Origin: Rozella allomycis CSF55
Taxonomy: Eukaryota
Assembly (NCBI GenBank): GCA_000442015.1
Contig: KE561265.1
Coordinates: 179,735 to 199,734 of the forward strand
Direction of reading: 5' to 3'
Length of the DNA stretch: 20,000 nt
This document shows positions 1-10,039 of this stretch, one piece after another. Position 1 is the first letter of the stretch, and each line of letters starts with the position of its first letter. The notes under the pieces were generated by a model. That model was not told where the DNA came from, made no database searches, and saw only the letters and a program-made list of their open reading frames with translations. A program made the translations under genes and the position numbers.

Positions 1-654
1 CGGAAATGCATGAAATGAGTCCCTTAATTAATCCAGGAGATGCAGTTGTAAATTGTTTAGTGTTTTGAATGATGTAGTTGGATTTAGGATGTGCACCGGG
101 ATCATGGTGTCAAGTTGCCGAAGAATTGGTTGGACCTAAAGGAATTGTAGTCGGAGTAGATAGAGTTTGTAATTGGAATTGATTTTTTAAAAAAGACGTT
201 CCTCCCTTAACATTAACAAGGTTCATTGTAGGAGATGCAACTCTACCCAGTATTCAAAAATCAATTAGGGAGCAATTAATTGAAAAGGAATACTTTGACG
301 TTGTTCTGAGGTAATCATTAATGGTATTATTGACAGCGATATGTGTCCAAATCTGATAGGCATAAAGAGTGCAGATCATCAAGCCAGTCTAAATATTGTA
401 AATGAGGCACTGAAAATAGCACATGGCATGTTGAAAGAAAATGGCACTCTCCTCGTGAAATTGTTTTTGTCTGGCCATGAGCGATGTAACAAGTCTCTTA
501 ACCTAAAATAGTCGTTAAAAGCAAATTGGAAGAAATTTTCAAAAAGGTTAAAATTGTTAAACCGCCGGCATCAAAAAAGGAGTCGGCTGAAATTTACATC
601 CGTGCAGAAAAGTTCCATCCATTGAATAGAAAATACCCACTTTCGTTGATATAA
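1..654 (+). CDS. MRM2: FtsJ/RrmJ-family rRNA 2'-O-methyltransferase, probably mitochondrial Mrm2-like; 5' end lies outside the window
   Basis: Splicing introns 48-77, 169-195, 311-336 and 486-511 gives an open frame with [35 protein letters not shown] and [13 protein letters not shown] (FtsJ motifs). Stop TAA at 652-654. The protein ends right after the catalytic domain, favouring Mrm2 over Spb1/Trm7; the subfamily call is less certain than the family. Confidence 0.85.
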
Positions 655-690
655 ACTTTTAAATGATGTTTATAGTTATTTGAACATAAA

Positions 691-1399
691 TTAATTTTTC
701 TTTTGAGCTTCCTGAATGGAGACTAGAATTTGACATCCTCTTTTCAACTGTATAACGTTAATAACTTGCTTCAACAACCACACAGGAAATACAACATAAA
801 GAGCATTAGTTGTAAAACTTTTCATGAATTCAAATTGTTCTAATTTAATGATATACAAAAAGACATAAAATAATTCTGCGAATGCGCATACAAGAAATAA
901 TGCTGTTCTATTAGTGTAATATAACTTGAGAATCGACCATCCCTTATCTTTAACATTCTTATGGCTGGATTCTCCCTGTCTTAGAGAACTACATTTACTT
1001 TGAAACAATTTGATACCTAAACATTTGAATGTAATGAGAGCTTAAGTCAAGGCCAAGTAAAAATTGGAATATCATACAAAAGTTTGGATATAATATACAC
1101 AAGTAGCAAATCAATCCTGCAGTCGTAGATCTAGTTCAATTTGTAAAATACAATCACCTATCTGTAACCATATCCAAAACAGCACCTAATTCAGAGCATT
1201 GATTGAAATATCTCGCCGCCAAACCATCAAATGCGTCCAAAATAGATGAGAGCAAGTATACTACAATTGCATATCCGTGATAATTTATCTGCATGTAATA
1301 AAATGATAAAATTGACAAAACGATACGAACATATCCTGATTATAGACCTTTGTTGCTAGTACCTATAACATTTGGAATATAAAAGTAGATTCGTGACAT
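691..1399 (-). CDS. PIS1: Phosphatidylinositol synthase (CDP-diacylglycerol--inositol 3-phosphatidyltransferase), 208 aa
   Basis: Introns 1336-1362, 1131-1157, 989-1016. Spliced protein MSRIYFYIPNVIGYVR...LDAFDGLAARYFNQCSELGAVLDMVTDRSTT...LDLSSHY...SHK carries the CDP-alcohol phosphotransferase motif DxxDGxxAR...GxxxDxxxD and PIS-typical segments. Confidence 0.95.
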
Positions 1400-1416
1400 T
1401 CCAAATGTGGCTTGGA
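1400..1416. promoter_or_regulatory. 16-bp divergent gap between the PIS1 and MAK5 start codons, containing GTGGCTTGGA
   Basis: ATG(-) at 1399 and ATG(+) at 1416; motif at 1407-1416 is identical to 6616-6625. Confidence 0.55.
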
Positions 1417-3192
1417 TGTCAAAATTTGTTAAAGAAAAAGAGCTACAATGGAAGAAGGTAGAGTTGGACGAGATTGATCATATGAATATGGATCTTGATG
1501 GATTTTACATGCTCGAAGAGATAGATGGAGTAGATGTTGTAAAGCTAGATCAGGCTGGTGGCCTCAAGACTATAGGCTTTGAAATGGTAAATTTTATCAC
1601 TATATAAACAAAAGAAAAATATTAAAGCGAAAAAGAAAAAGTCTAAAGCTGCGTGGAGTGTTACTGAGACTACTGAAATAGAAGCTCCATTACATGTAGA
1701 AAGCGAAGACCAAGAAGAAAATGAAATAATTAAAGAGAAAGACGCAGATGAGTTGGAAGAAAATAAGATTATCGAATCAAATGATGAGATTGACATTACC
1801 AATTCATCATGGCAAGGATATGATTTGAATGAAAAGCTAACTAAACAACTTATCAAAGGTGGATATATTGAACCAACCATGATTCAACAAACAGTTCTTT
1901 CTTATTTATCAAACAATCCATACGCAAATATTCTCGTAGGATCCGAAACTGTAATAAGAATATAAATTATTCATTAAATAGGGTTCAGGTAAAACTCTTG
2001 CATTTGTCCTCCCGCTTATAAATCTGCTTTCCACAAATCAAACTGGGCTGATAATTGCACCTACAAGAGAGTTGGCTACACAAATTAGCCAAGTTGTTTC
2101 AATATTCACCAAAGTAAATACTTATTTTGATTATAAAAAAGGCTACGTTACTCATTGGTGGAATATCATTGGAAAAACAGCGTAGACTATTAAGTCACCT
2201 TGATGAAACAAAAGTTGTGATTGCCACCCCTGGCCGTTTTTGGGATTTACTTTGTGAATCTGAAGAATTAAAAGAATTTTTAATAAAAGTTCAAATTCTA
2301 GTTGTCGATGAAGCTGATCGTTTGTTTTACAAGACCAAAAAGATTAACGAAGAGTTTGAAAAGATTTTAAAATATTTATTAGAAGTTGTTTTAAATAAAA
2401 ATAAAAAGCTTCGATTTTGGCTATTTTCTGCCACCATTCAGTTGGCAGATTTCGATTCAGATTCTTGTTTTGGAAAATTCGTTCAAGATGGAAAACTGAA
2501 ATTTAAACAAATTGGATCAAAGGCCGCAACAATTAAAGACAGACTGAGTGTCTTTAAAGTAGAATGTCTAGAAGAAAGAAAAGGTTGCTTTCTATACAAA
2601 TATTTACATGAAAAGACTGGAAGAATAATTGTATTTTTCAACAGCATCAAATTGATTGAAAAATACATTTTAGTATTAAAGAAATTATTTAAAAGCAGAA
2701 AGATTTATTCTCTTCATGCAAAACAAAAGCAAAAAGACAGATTGTCAGCGCTTGAAAAGTAAAACATCTTTAAACTAGGAATAGATTTGAAAAGAACGAA
2801 GATGCAATCTTAATTTGTTCTGATGTTGCTGCAAGAGGTTTGGATATTGCAAACGTGGATGTTGTGGTTCATTTCCACGTCCCAAGAAATATTGACGTAA
2901 ATTAAATTCTTAATGTTTTTTTCAGGTTTATTTGCATAGAACTGGTAGAACTGCTCGCTTAGATAAAGTCGGAGAGTCGATTGTTTTTGTGTCGCCTAAA
3001 GAACACAGCGCGTTTGATAAATTGGCTAAAATGTTTGAAATTCAAGTTGGTCTCAAAGTGCAAAAGCATTCCATTGAAATGAATAACATCAAAAAGTTTC
3101 AAAAAGAATTTAATTTAGCCTTTGACTCGGTAAAAGAAACCGAAAGTAAGAAATATTCTAAATCGAGCATTTCCGAAATGGAATTGGAATGA
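1416..3192 (+). CDS. MAK5: DEAD-box RNA helicase, Mak5/DDX24-like, 544 aa
   Basis: Introns 1587-1614, 1951-1981, 2114-2141, 2759-2784, 2897-2925 join ORF-track pieces into one frame with [51 protein letters not shown] and HRTGRTAR. N-terminal WKKV...[11 protein letters not shown] and [12 protein letters not shown] resemble Mak5/DDX24. Confidence 0.9.
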
Positions 3193-3269
3193 AAATGATC
3201 CTCAATTTAATTCATAAACTCAGAATAAATTAGTTTAATTACAGTATTTTAATTGGAAAATTTTGTTAA

Positions 3270-3616
3270 ATGTCCAGAGAAAGAAATAGCACCGATTTTG
3301 AACTTCACAATGATTTCCACCCTTCCCAATTTATCCAAAGTCCTCGCCCTATTCCTAAAAAAGCCATAGCATATGCCTCAATATTATTCCTACTCGGTTC
3401 CTTTTTTCTAGCATTCGGAATACTTTTGTTAACTAATATCATACCCGAAACAGTATAAATTGACTAAATTATTAATAGAATGTGAATGATAGATCTATTC
3501 CAATGATCATTCTAGGTAGCCTAATGTTCATTCCTGGTTTTTATCACGTCAGGATAGCCTACTACGCATACATGAAAGTACCAGGATACGATTATTCACA
3601 AATTCCAGAGTTTTAA
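3270..3616 (+). CDS. TMEM230: Transmembrane protein 230 homolog, 106 aa
   Basis: Intron 3453-3478. Two hydrophobic helices followed by ILGSLMFIPGFYHVRIAYYAYMKVPGYDYSQIPEF, matching the TMEM230 C-terminal signature. Confidence 0.9.
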
Positions 3617-3645
3617 ATAAATAAAAAGGTTACAATTTATATGCT

Positions 3646-5318
3646 TTATTGACTCTTTTCAGAAATATCGGCAGTTAGAGCAGATTGACTATCAGCAGTT
3701 GCATCAACAGGGCTTTCAAGATTTTCATCCGTTTTCTTAATTTCTTCAAGTTCAATTTTTTGAAGAGCTTTAGCTTTAGCTTTTTTGTCAATGTACTGGC
3801 TCTTGAATATTAAAAGTATAAAAGCAATCATGGCCAAAATCCATGATATCTTAAATAATCCCTGATGACGGTTAAAGAAGCCTGTAATAGACGCAAGTTC
3901 TTTAGCTCTGCGAGTTTTAAATGACAAATCGTCTTTAGTCTCTCCAGGCAACAATGGGACGTCGGTTTTAAGTAACCAAAACCCTAAAAGACCGGCCAAA
4001 GAGGGTGCTAATCCAACATAAATTCCAGAAAATAATCCTTGGGCGGTGGCTTGAAGTTCTATTGGCGCTTCTTTTACAGCAACCATAACTCCACTGGCTG
4101 TCATACAGCCGAAACTGATACCTTTAAATGCTTCTGCCAAACATGCAATATACACATATGTTTGAATGCCTTTTATAAATGTAACAAAATTGACTTACCT
4201 GTTCCTACAGGAAGAGCAACGTGAATTCCCATACGAATAATCATTGAGACTTGAGCAGCTACCATAAGCTTAAATACTCCAAATCGCGCGACCAGGTAAC
4301 GAGAAACAAAGAAGAAAATAAGCTCAATAGCTTGACCACAGTTAGAAGCTAAACTAACAAAAGTCTTGTCACCACTGAGGCCATCCAAATCATCTTCAAT
4401 ATAATTGGCCATAAAATGAGAACCAATAGCTCTGGAAACACCATTAAATAACACAATAAGAAGAAAAAATCCGAATTTTGGATTGCTCAAAAGTTTTCCA
4501 ATAGATTCAAAATTCGATGGCCTTTTCTCATTCTTCTTTTCTAACTTAGCAGATTTCGCGATTTCCGGATCTTTTTTCTCGCCAATTGAATAGATGCTAA
4601 CTCCATTCTTCGGCCTGTCAGAAGGAATAAGAAAAAATCCAATGACAGTGAACAATGTAAAGGAAATACCTACAGCTGGAAAGATGGAATCATATGAATA
4701 TTTGTCGATTAAGTAACCCATAAATTGAACGATGACAGTATTTCCAAGAGTTCCCCAAAGTCTTTGACGTCCGTAAAGTTCTTTTGCATTCCCTTCACAC
4801 TTTGATGAGTTAAGCATAGCGACTATAATACGATCCATCAATGGATAAACAGCACCATTGAAACAATTAATGACTGAGCCAACTGCAATGACTGCGGCGA
4901 TTGTTTGGGGCAAAGTCTCTTCGGTGGCCCTAGAAATACATTTAAAAAGAAAGAAGGCAGCACCCTGGCAAAGGGTCGTAATTAGCAAAGTTGTTTTGGG
5001 ACATCTGAATCGGTCTGCAATGTACGTCCACAACGGGGCTGACGCAAACGCCACAAATGACAGTACTGCAGCGATGATACCGTATTGTTGAGCTGGGATA
5101 CCGAACACATCTCTAAAAAATCTTGTACGAAAAGTCTATTTAAGAATATAAAGTATTATTACATAGCAAGTATTAACTGCGACAAGTAAAACAAAGAATA
5201 GAATCTTGGGATAGATTAACAAGTCTACTTCCCAAAACTCTCTTGAGAAGATACGGCTTTTTCCGTTAATCTTTTTGGATTCTTTTGACTTTTCAACAGC
5301 TTCCGAGTTTTGATTCAT
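3646..5318 (-). CDS. Major facilitator superfamily transporter, MFSD6/MFS_1_like, 538 aa
   Basis: Introns 5136-5162 and 4170-4198 join three ORFs. About 12 hydrophobic segments, with PLWTYIADRF, YGRQRLWGTLG (MFSD6-type motif) and APIELQATAQGLFSG. Confidence 0.88.
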
Positions 5319-5610
5319 GGCTGTTTTAGTGGCGCAGTGTTCACTTGGCGGATTTTTTATTTTTGTGGCTGAGTGAAGGTGAAGGGTTTAAAATAGGAAA
5401 CAATTGCTTATTTCTTAAATCAACGCCACTCATCATAATTTAAAATTAAAACCCTTATAAGCGACAGCGTGTTAATTAATTTATAACATCAGTTTTCAAG
5501 GGGTTAACTATGCTGCATGGATGACAATCATTGAATTACCTCACTTTGTATATTTATAGCATAATTCTAAATATAGCATTTATTTTAAATGAATGATTCT
5601 ATAGTTTAAT

Positions 5611-6611
5611 TTAAACCTTGCTTTCCCCTTTGATATCAAAGGTCTGTTCCGGCGTTAAATAAAATAAAGCAAGGCCAGCCAAAACCAAGGAAAAGGATCC
5701 AAAATACCAATACTCCAGCTAATTTAAAAATAAATTTGAAGATACTTTTTGGTTAAACAAGATCATGTAGCCTATGAGGGTGTAAATGTATGTTGTCAAC
5801 AAAGACAAGTTTAAAGCGGTCGCTGATGTATGTAGTATTACAAAAGGAACTAAAGAGTAAAAAACGAATATAGCTAAAGCATAAAAAGCAAGAAAAGTAG
5901 CATTTGAAGAATCCATTTGCGTTATTTTATGATACTCCAAAGCAAAACTACTCGACGTGAAATGAAAAACTTACCTCTGCGAGATTCCAAAAATTAATCC
6001 AAAAGCGCTAAGGAGCCCCAAATATTCGTACGAGCCCACATAATTTAAAAGGTACTCTTGAACTGTGTTGGCTAAGGCATACAAAAAGGCACCGCCAACA
6101 GCTAAAAGCATACCTTTCATATAAGAGGAACCTATTATATTAATAGATAATTTTTACTTTGTAAGTCATTTGCTGGTTGATTGGTTTGAACTATGAGGAA
6201 AATCAAACCTAACAAACAAAAGATTACGCCTATAAAATGTTGTTTTCGATATTTAGTCTTGAAAAATATAACACTCATTATCATTGCAAATGGCACAGTC
6301 ATGCTGTTGGCTAGAACGATGCTAGTCACGCTGGCATATTCAAATGATGTTACAATAAGAAAGTTTGCTTCCAAATCAATAATCGCATTCAGAATTATTA
6401 ATGCCAATATTTTTCCCGTGACAACTTTTTTAATGTTTCTATAATTGAATGGAAAATACGCTAAGAAGATTAGAAAATAGCAAATTGTTGCTTGAAAGGC
6501 GGGTTTTACGAGTCCTGCATCAAAGTATTCATTCAATAGATTTGTAGTAGTCAAGCAAAGAGATAAAAGTTGGCCTAGCGCAAAAATCAACAGTCGAAGT
6601 GAACCAAACAT
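5611..6611 (-). CDS. SLC35F-family (DMT/EamA-like) solute transporter, 306 aa
   Basis: Introns 6132-6157, 5948-5974, 5719-5745. Motifs LGQLLSLCLT, IDLEANFLIV.SFEYASVTS, LYALANTVQEY and SATALNLSLLT are typical of SLC35F1/F2. Stop TAA at 5611-5613. Confidence 0.88.
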
Positions 6612-6635
6612 TTGCGTGGCTTGGACGGAAAAAAT
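6612..6635. promoter_or_regulatory. 24-bp divergent gap between the SLC35F and RPC40 start codons, containing GTGGCTTGGA
   Basis: ATG(-) at 6611 and ATG(+) at 6636; motif at 6616-6625. Confidence 0.55.
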
Positions 6636-7795
6636 ATGGCTAGTGATTCTCTGAGATTTTTAAAGGAAAATGTTGTTTTAGAAGCGGAAAGGGTGCACTC
6701 GGTAATAATATAGTGCAATATTGAAAAGACTTTTTCTATGGACGAACCAGGAGTCTTTCACAAAAGAGATGATATTTGCGATCTTCAAACTCTAAAAGAA
6801 GTAATAGAAATATGAACTCTGAATTAAGAAAGCTCAAATTAAAATAATATCCGAAGAAGAAAATCGTTTAGAGTTTGATCTCATCGGCGTTGATGCTTCA
6901 TTTGCCAATGCTTTACGAAGAATAATAATAGACGAAGTAAAGAAAAATCGTTAGCTTAAAAAGATCCCCACAATGGCCATTGAGAAAGTTTTCTTTGCGG
7001 ATAACACTGGCTTAATGCACGAAGAGATGTTGGCTCATAGATTGGGCTTGGTTCCTATCAAGGCGGACCCCTCGTTGTTTTCTGAAAGAGGACGTAATTA
7101 TATATTTTTGATATGTTTTAGCTAATGAAGATGCAACTGATTATAATACCTTGGTATTCACCTTGAATGTTAAGTGCGAAAGGGATCCTAATGATACGTC
7201 AAAATTAATAAATGAACATGGTAAGATAAAAAATATAAAAGTGAAAGTTTTGTCTGGACATTTGGTTTGGTCACCTCAAGGTGGACAAGAAGAGAGATTC
7301 AAAGACTGTGCACCTGAACCTGCAATAAAAGATATTGTCATAACCAAATTGGCCGAAAATCAAGAAATAGAATTACAAGCCTTTTGTGAAAAAGGCATAG
7401 GTCAAATTCATGCAAAATGGTCACCCGTTTGCACTGCAAGTTACCGTCTTATGCCCAATATAATCATGAAGGAAGATGTTTTAGGAGAAGAAGCAGTCAA
7501 ATTTTCCAATTGCTTCTCACCTGGTGTTATAGAAGTAGTAGTTGTAAACGGTGTGAAAAAAGCTGTGGTTGCGAATCCTAGAAATGACTCAATGAGTAGA
7601 GAATGTCTTCGTCATAAAGAATTTGAAGACAAAGTAGTTCTTGCGAGAAAGAGAGATCATTTCATATGTAAAATTTTATTCCACTTATGATTAGTCTTGG
7701 TTGAAAGCGATGGACGATTGTCCGCTAGACGAATTGTTGAAGATGCATTTAAAGTCTTGACTGCAAAATGTGAAAACGTGAAAAAATATCTTTAA
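6636..7795 (+). CDS. RPC40: RNA polymerase I/III shared subunit AC40 (RPAC1), 331 aa
   Basis: Introns 6702-6728, 6801-6828, 6937-6963, 7094-7121, 7221-7247, 7668-7694. Motifs EFDLIGVDASFANALRRII, IPTMAIEKV, LAHRLGLVPIKADP, KGIGQIHAKWSPVCTASYRLMP, RNDSMSRECLRH, DHFIFLVESDG. Confidence 0.96.
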
Positions 7796-8499
7796 ATAAA
7801 ATATATTATTATATTTATTTATACTCTGCCAAAGTTTTGAGGGATAGAACTCGGTATTAACAATGACATTGCAGGAATGACCCTTTGAACTTCCGTCTTC
7901 CGATAAAATGAGAAAAAGTGACATTCATTCCATAGAATCATCTCTAATTGAATATTTTTTAAGAATTCTTGTGTAGAAACTATTTATTGTAGCCAGAACC
8001 ACCAAGTAATAGAAAGTCGCATAAGTAGTTCATAAGTCACCCCAGTGCAATTATGGTTCAACAAAAAATCTCACAATCAAGGAAGAAATAGTAATTTCAA
8101 TAAAACTAAATATTGAAGATTAAAGATTAAATCTAATCTTAATACCACTTTTCTGGATATGGCAATTACTATAACTACCCAAGTGGCTTGTCCATGTCAA
8201 ACATGAAAATAGCATTAATACATTAATAGTAACTACTAAAAATAAACAAGATCAAAGATCTCGTAAAACATCTATATTAAAATATGTAATAACATAACAG
8301 ATTAGCACAATTTACATGACGTTAATCGATTAAACAAGGGTGTCTCATGAGGTGGGGCTTATATTTAGATCTATGATTAATTAATAATTAGATCCCATAG
8401 ATCTTTCAAACTAAATTTTTGATTATTGATATTCATCATATAGAGCCTTAAAAATTCAAAAGTTCTTGACAACCGAGCCACCGAGGTCTGGACCAACGA

Positions 8500-9163
8500 A
8501 TGATGATGAACTCCAGATACGAACAAAATACGTCTTTCTTTCTCCCGCCTGTCAACGCTTCGAATTCAAAAGAACAACCATTACCCTCCATCTATCAAGT
8601 ATTAGCAGAAATAAAACAACGAGAGCCTGCACCTTCATCTTTACAGTACAAGGAAAAACAAACGTTTTCATCACCACTTTTGAGCAACAACACGGGGAAA
8701 AACATGTCACAGTTCACAAATATAGCAGCTATATCGCTTCTTTCTTTACACAACGATCCAGAAGTGACACAAAAAAGTTTGAATGAGTTTTCCAGAACCG
8801 GACGTAGCACAGTTTCCTTGCCAAAGGATAACAAAAAATATGCTGAAACAGTGAAAAGACCACTAAATCCAAACGTTAACGAATCCGTTCCTACTGATAG
8901 TTTATCGATAAAATTTCCAAACAAACCCGGAGTAACAGTGATTTTTATTGATTAATACTAGAAAGATTCAGAAAAAAGAGTTTGCGAGATATGCTTTACA
9001 ACTTCTACCCCGCAATGGCGAAGATGTGCTAACAGTAAGTCTATATTTTAATAGTTATATAGCCGCCAGAACGCTATGTAATAGATGTGGATTGCGACAA
9101 TTGAAACAAACGAGAAAGAGCTCCAGTCCATCCAAACTACATTCAACCAGCATATACAAATAA
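8500..9163 (+). CDS. GATA-type zinc-finger transcription factor (C-X2-C-X18-C-X2-C), 201 aa
   Basis: Introns 8932-8961 and 9035-9062 reveal CEICFTTSTPQWRRCANTARTLCNRCGLR, which is not visible intact in the ORF track. The N-terminus is low-complexity Ser/Pro/Asn-rich with an LPSI motif. Confidence 0.88.
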
Positions 9164-9196
9164 TAAAGATATATTTTATTTTGTATTTTACCGGGC

Positions 9197-9822
9197 TTAT
9201 TCTAATAGCTTTTCAAGTCTGTTGTTTTCTTTCAATGAAAGTTTTGGGAGTTTTTTCAATGCATCTGATAATTTGATTTCTCTTCTAAACGGCATTTCCG
9301 ATACTATTTTTTCAAACCTCAGTGCTCTTAAAGCAGTTGGTTGACCATGAATAATCATTGAGCTTTCTTTAACCTGTGTTAAAGCCTAAATACTATTACA
9401 AGTGCTTCATTCATAACATTGCGAAAGTAATGTAGTCTGGAATGACATTCTTTCGGGGCAATCTTTCTAATAGTTTTATTTCTTTCTGCAAGTTCTTTCT
9501 TTTTATTTATTAAATCTTTAATAATTTGATCTTCAATCTCACGTGCTTTTTGAACAGCCATCACGCACTTTGCCACTTGAGATTGAACTTGTTTTGACGG
9601 CAACTTGTAGATGCCAAAATCTGGTTTTTTATGTCTATCTTTGAATTTAGAATAAACACATCTTTCACTAAAGAAGACTTTTTGAATAATTTCATCATGC
9701 TTGTCATTTCTTGGCTTTTGTGATTTTTCGTCGATTGCATTAGAATGTTGTGAATTATCTTTTGCAGAGAATTCCGATGTCGAGGCCAAGTGTGTTAATG
9801 AGTTTTTAACCTTGTGATTCAT
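9197..9822 (-). CDS. Hypothetical basic protein with a predicted coiled-coil segment, 199 aa
   Basis: ORF 9379-9822 spliced through intron 9374-9399 (gtaata...cacag) continues VKESSMIIHGQ...LEKLLE* to TAA at 9197-9199. No family recognised. Confidence 0.7.
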
Positions 9823-10039
9823 GATAAAACTGTGCCCAATGTTGTTGCTATGAGATGCCTGATGCCTTTGTCAGTAAATGGACGATTAATTATAAATGAA
9901 ATAAATATTCCAGTAAGAGAAGTTAATTAGTTAAAGGCTCTCAAACAAGGAATGCAACATTGCATGATGCATCGATCCTAGATTAACATTCAATTTCACG
10001 TCAAGAATTGCATAAATAATTAATTCAAGTTTATTTAAT

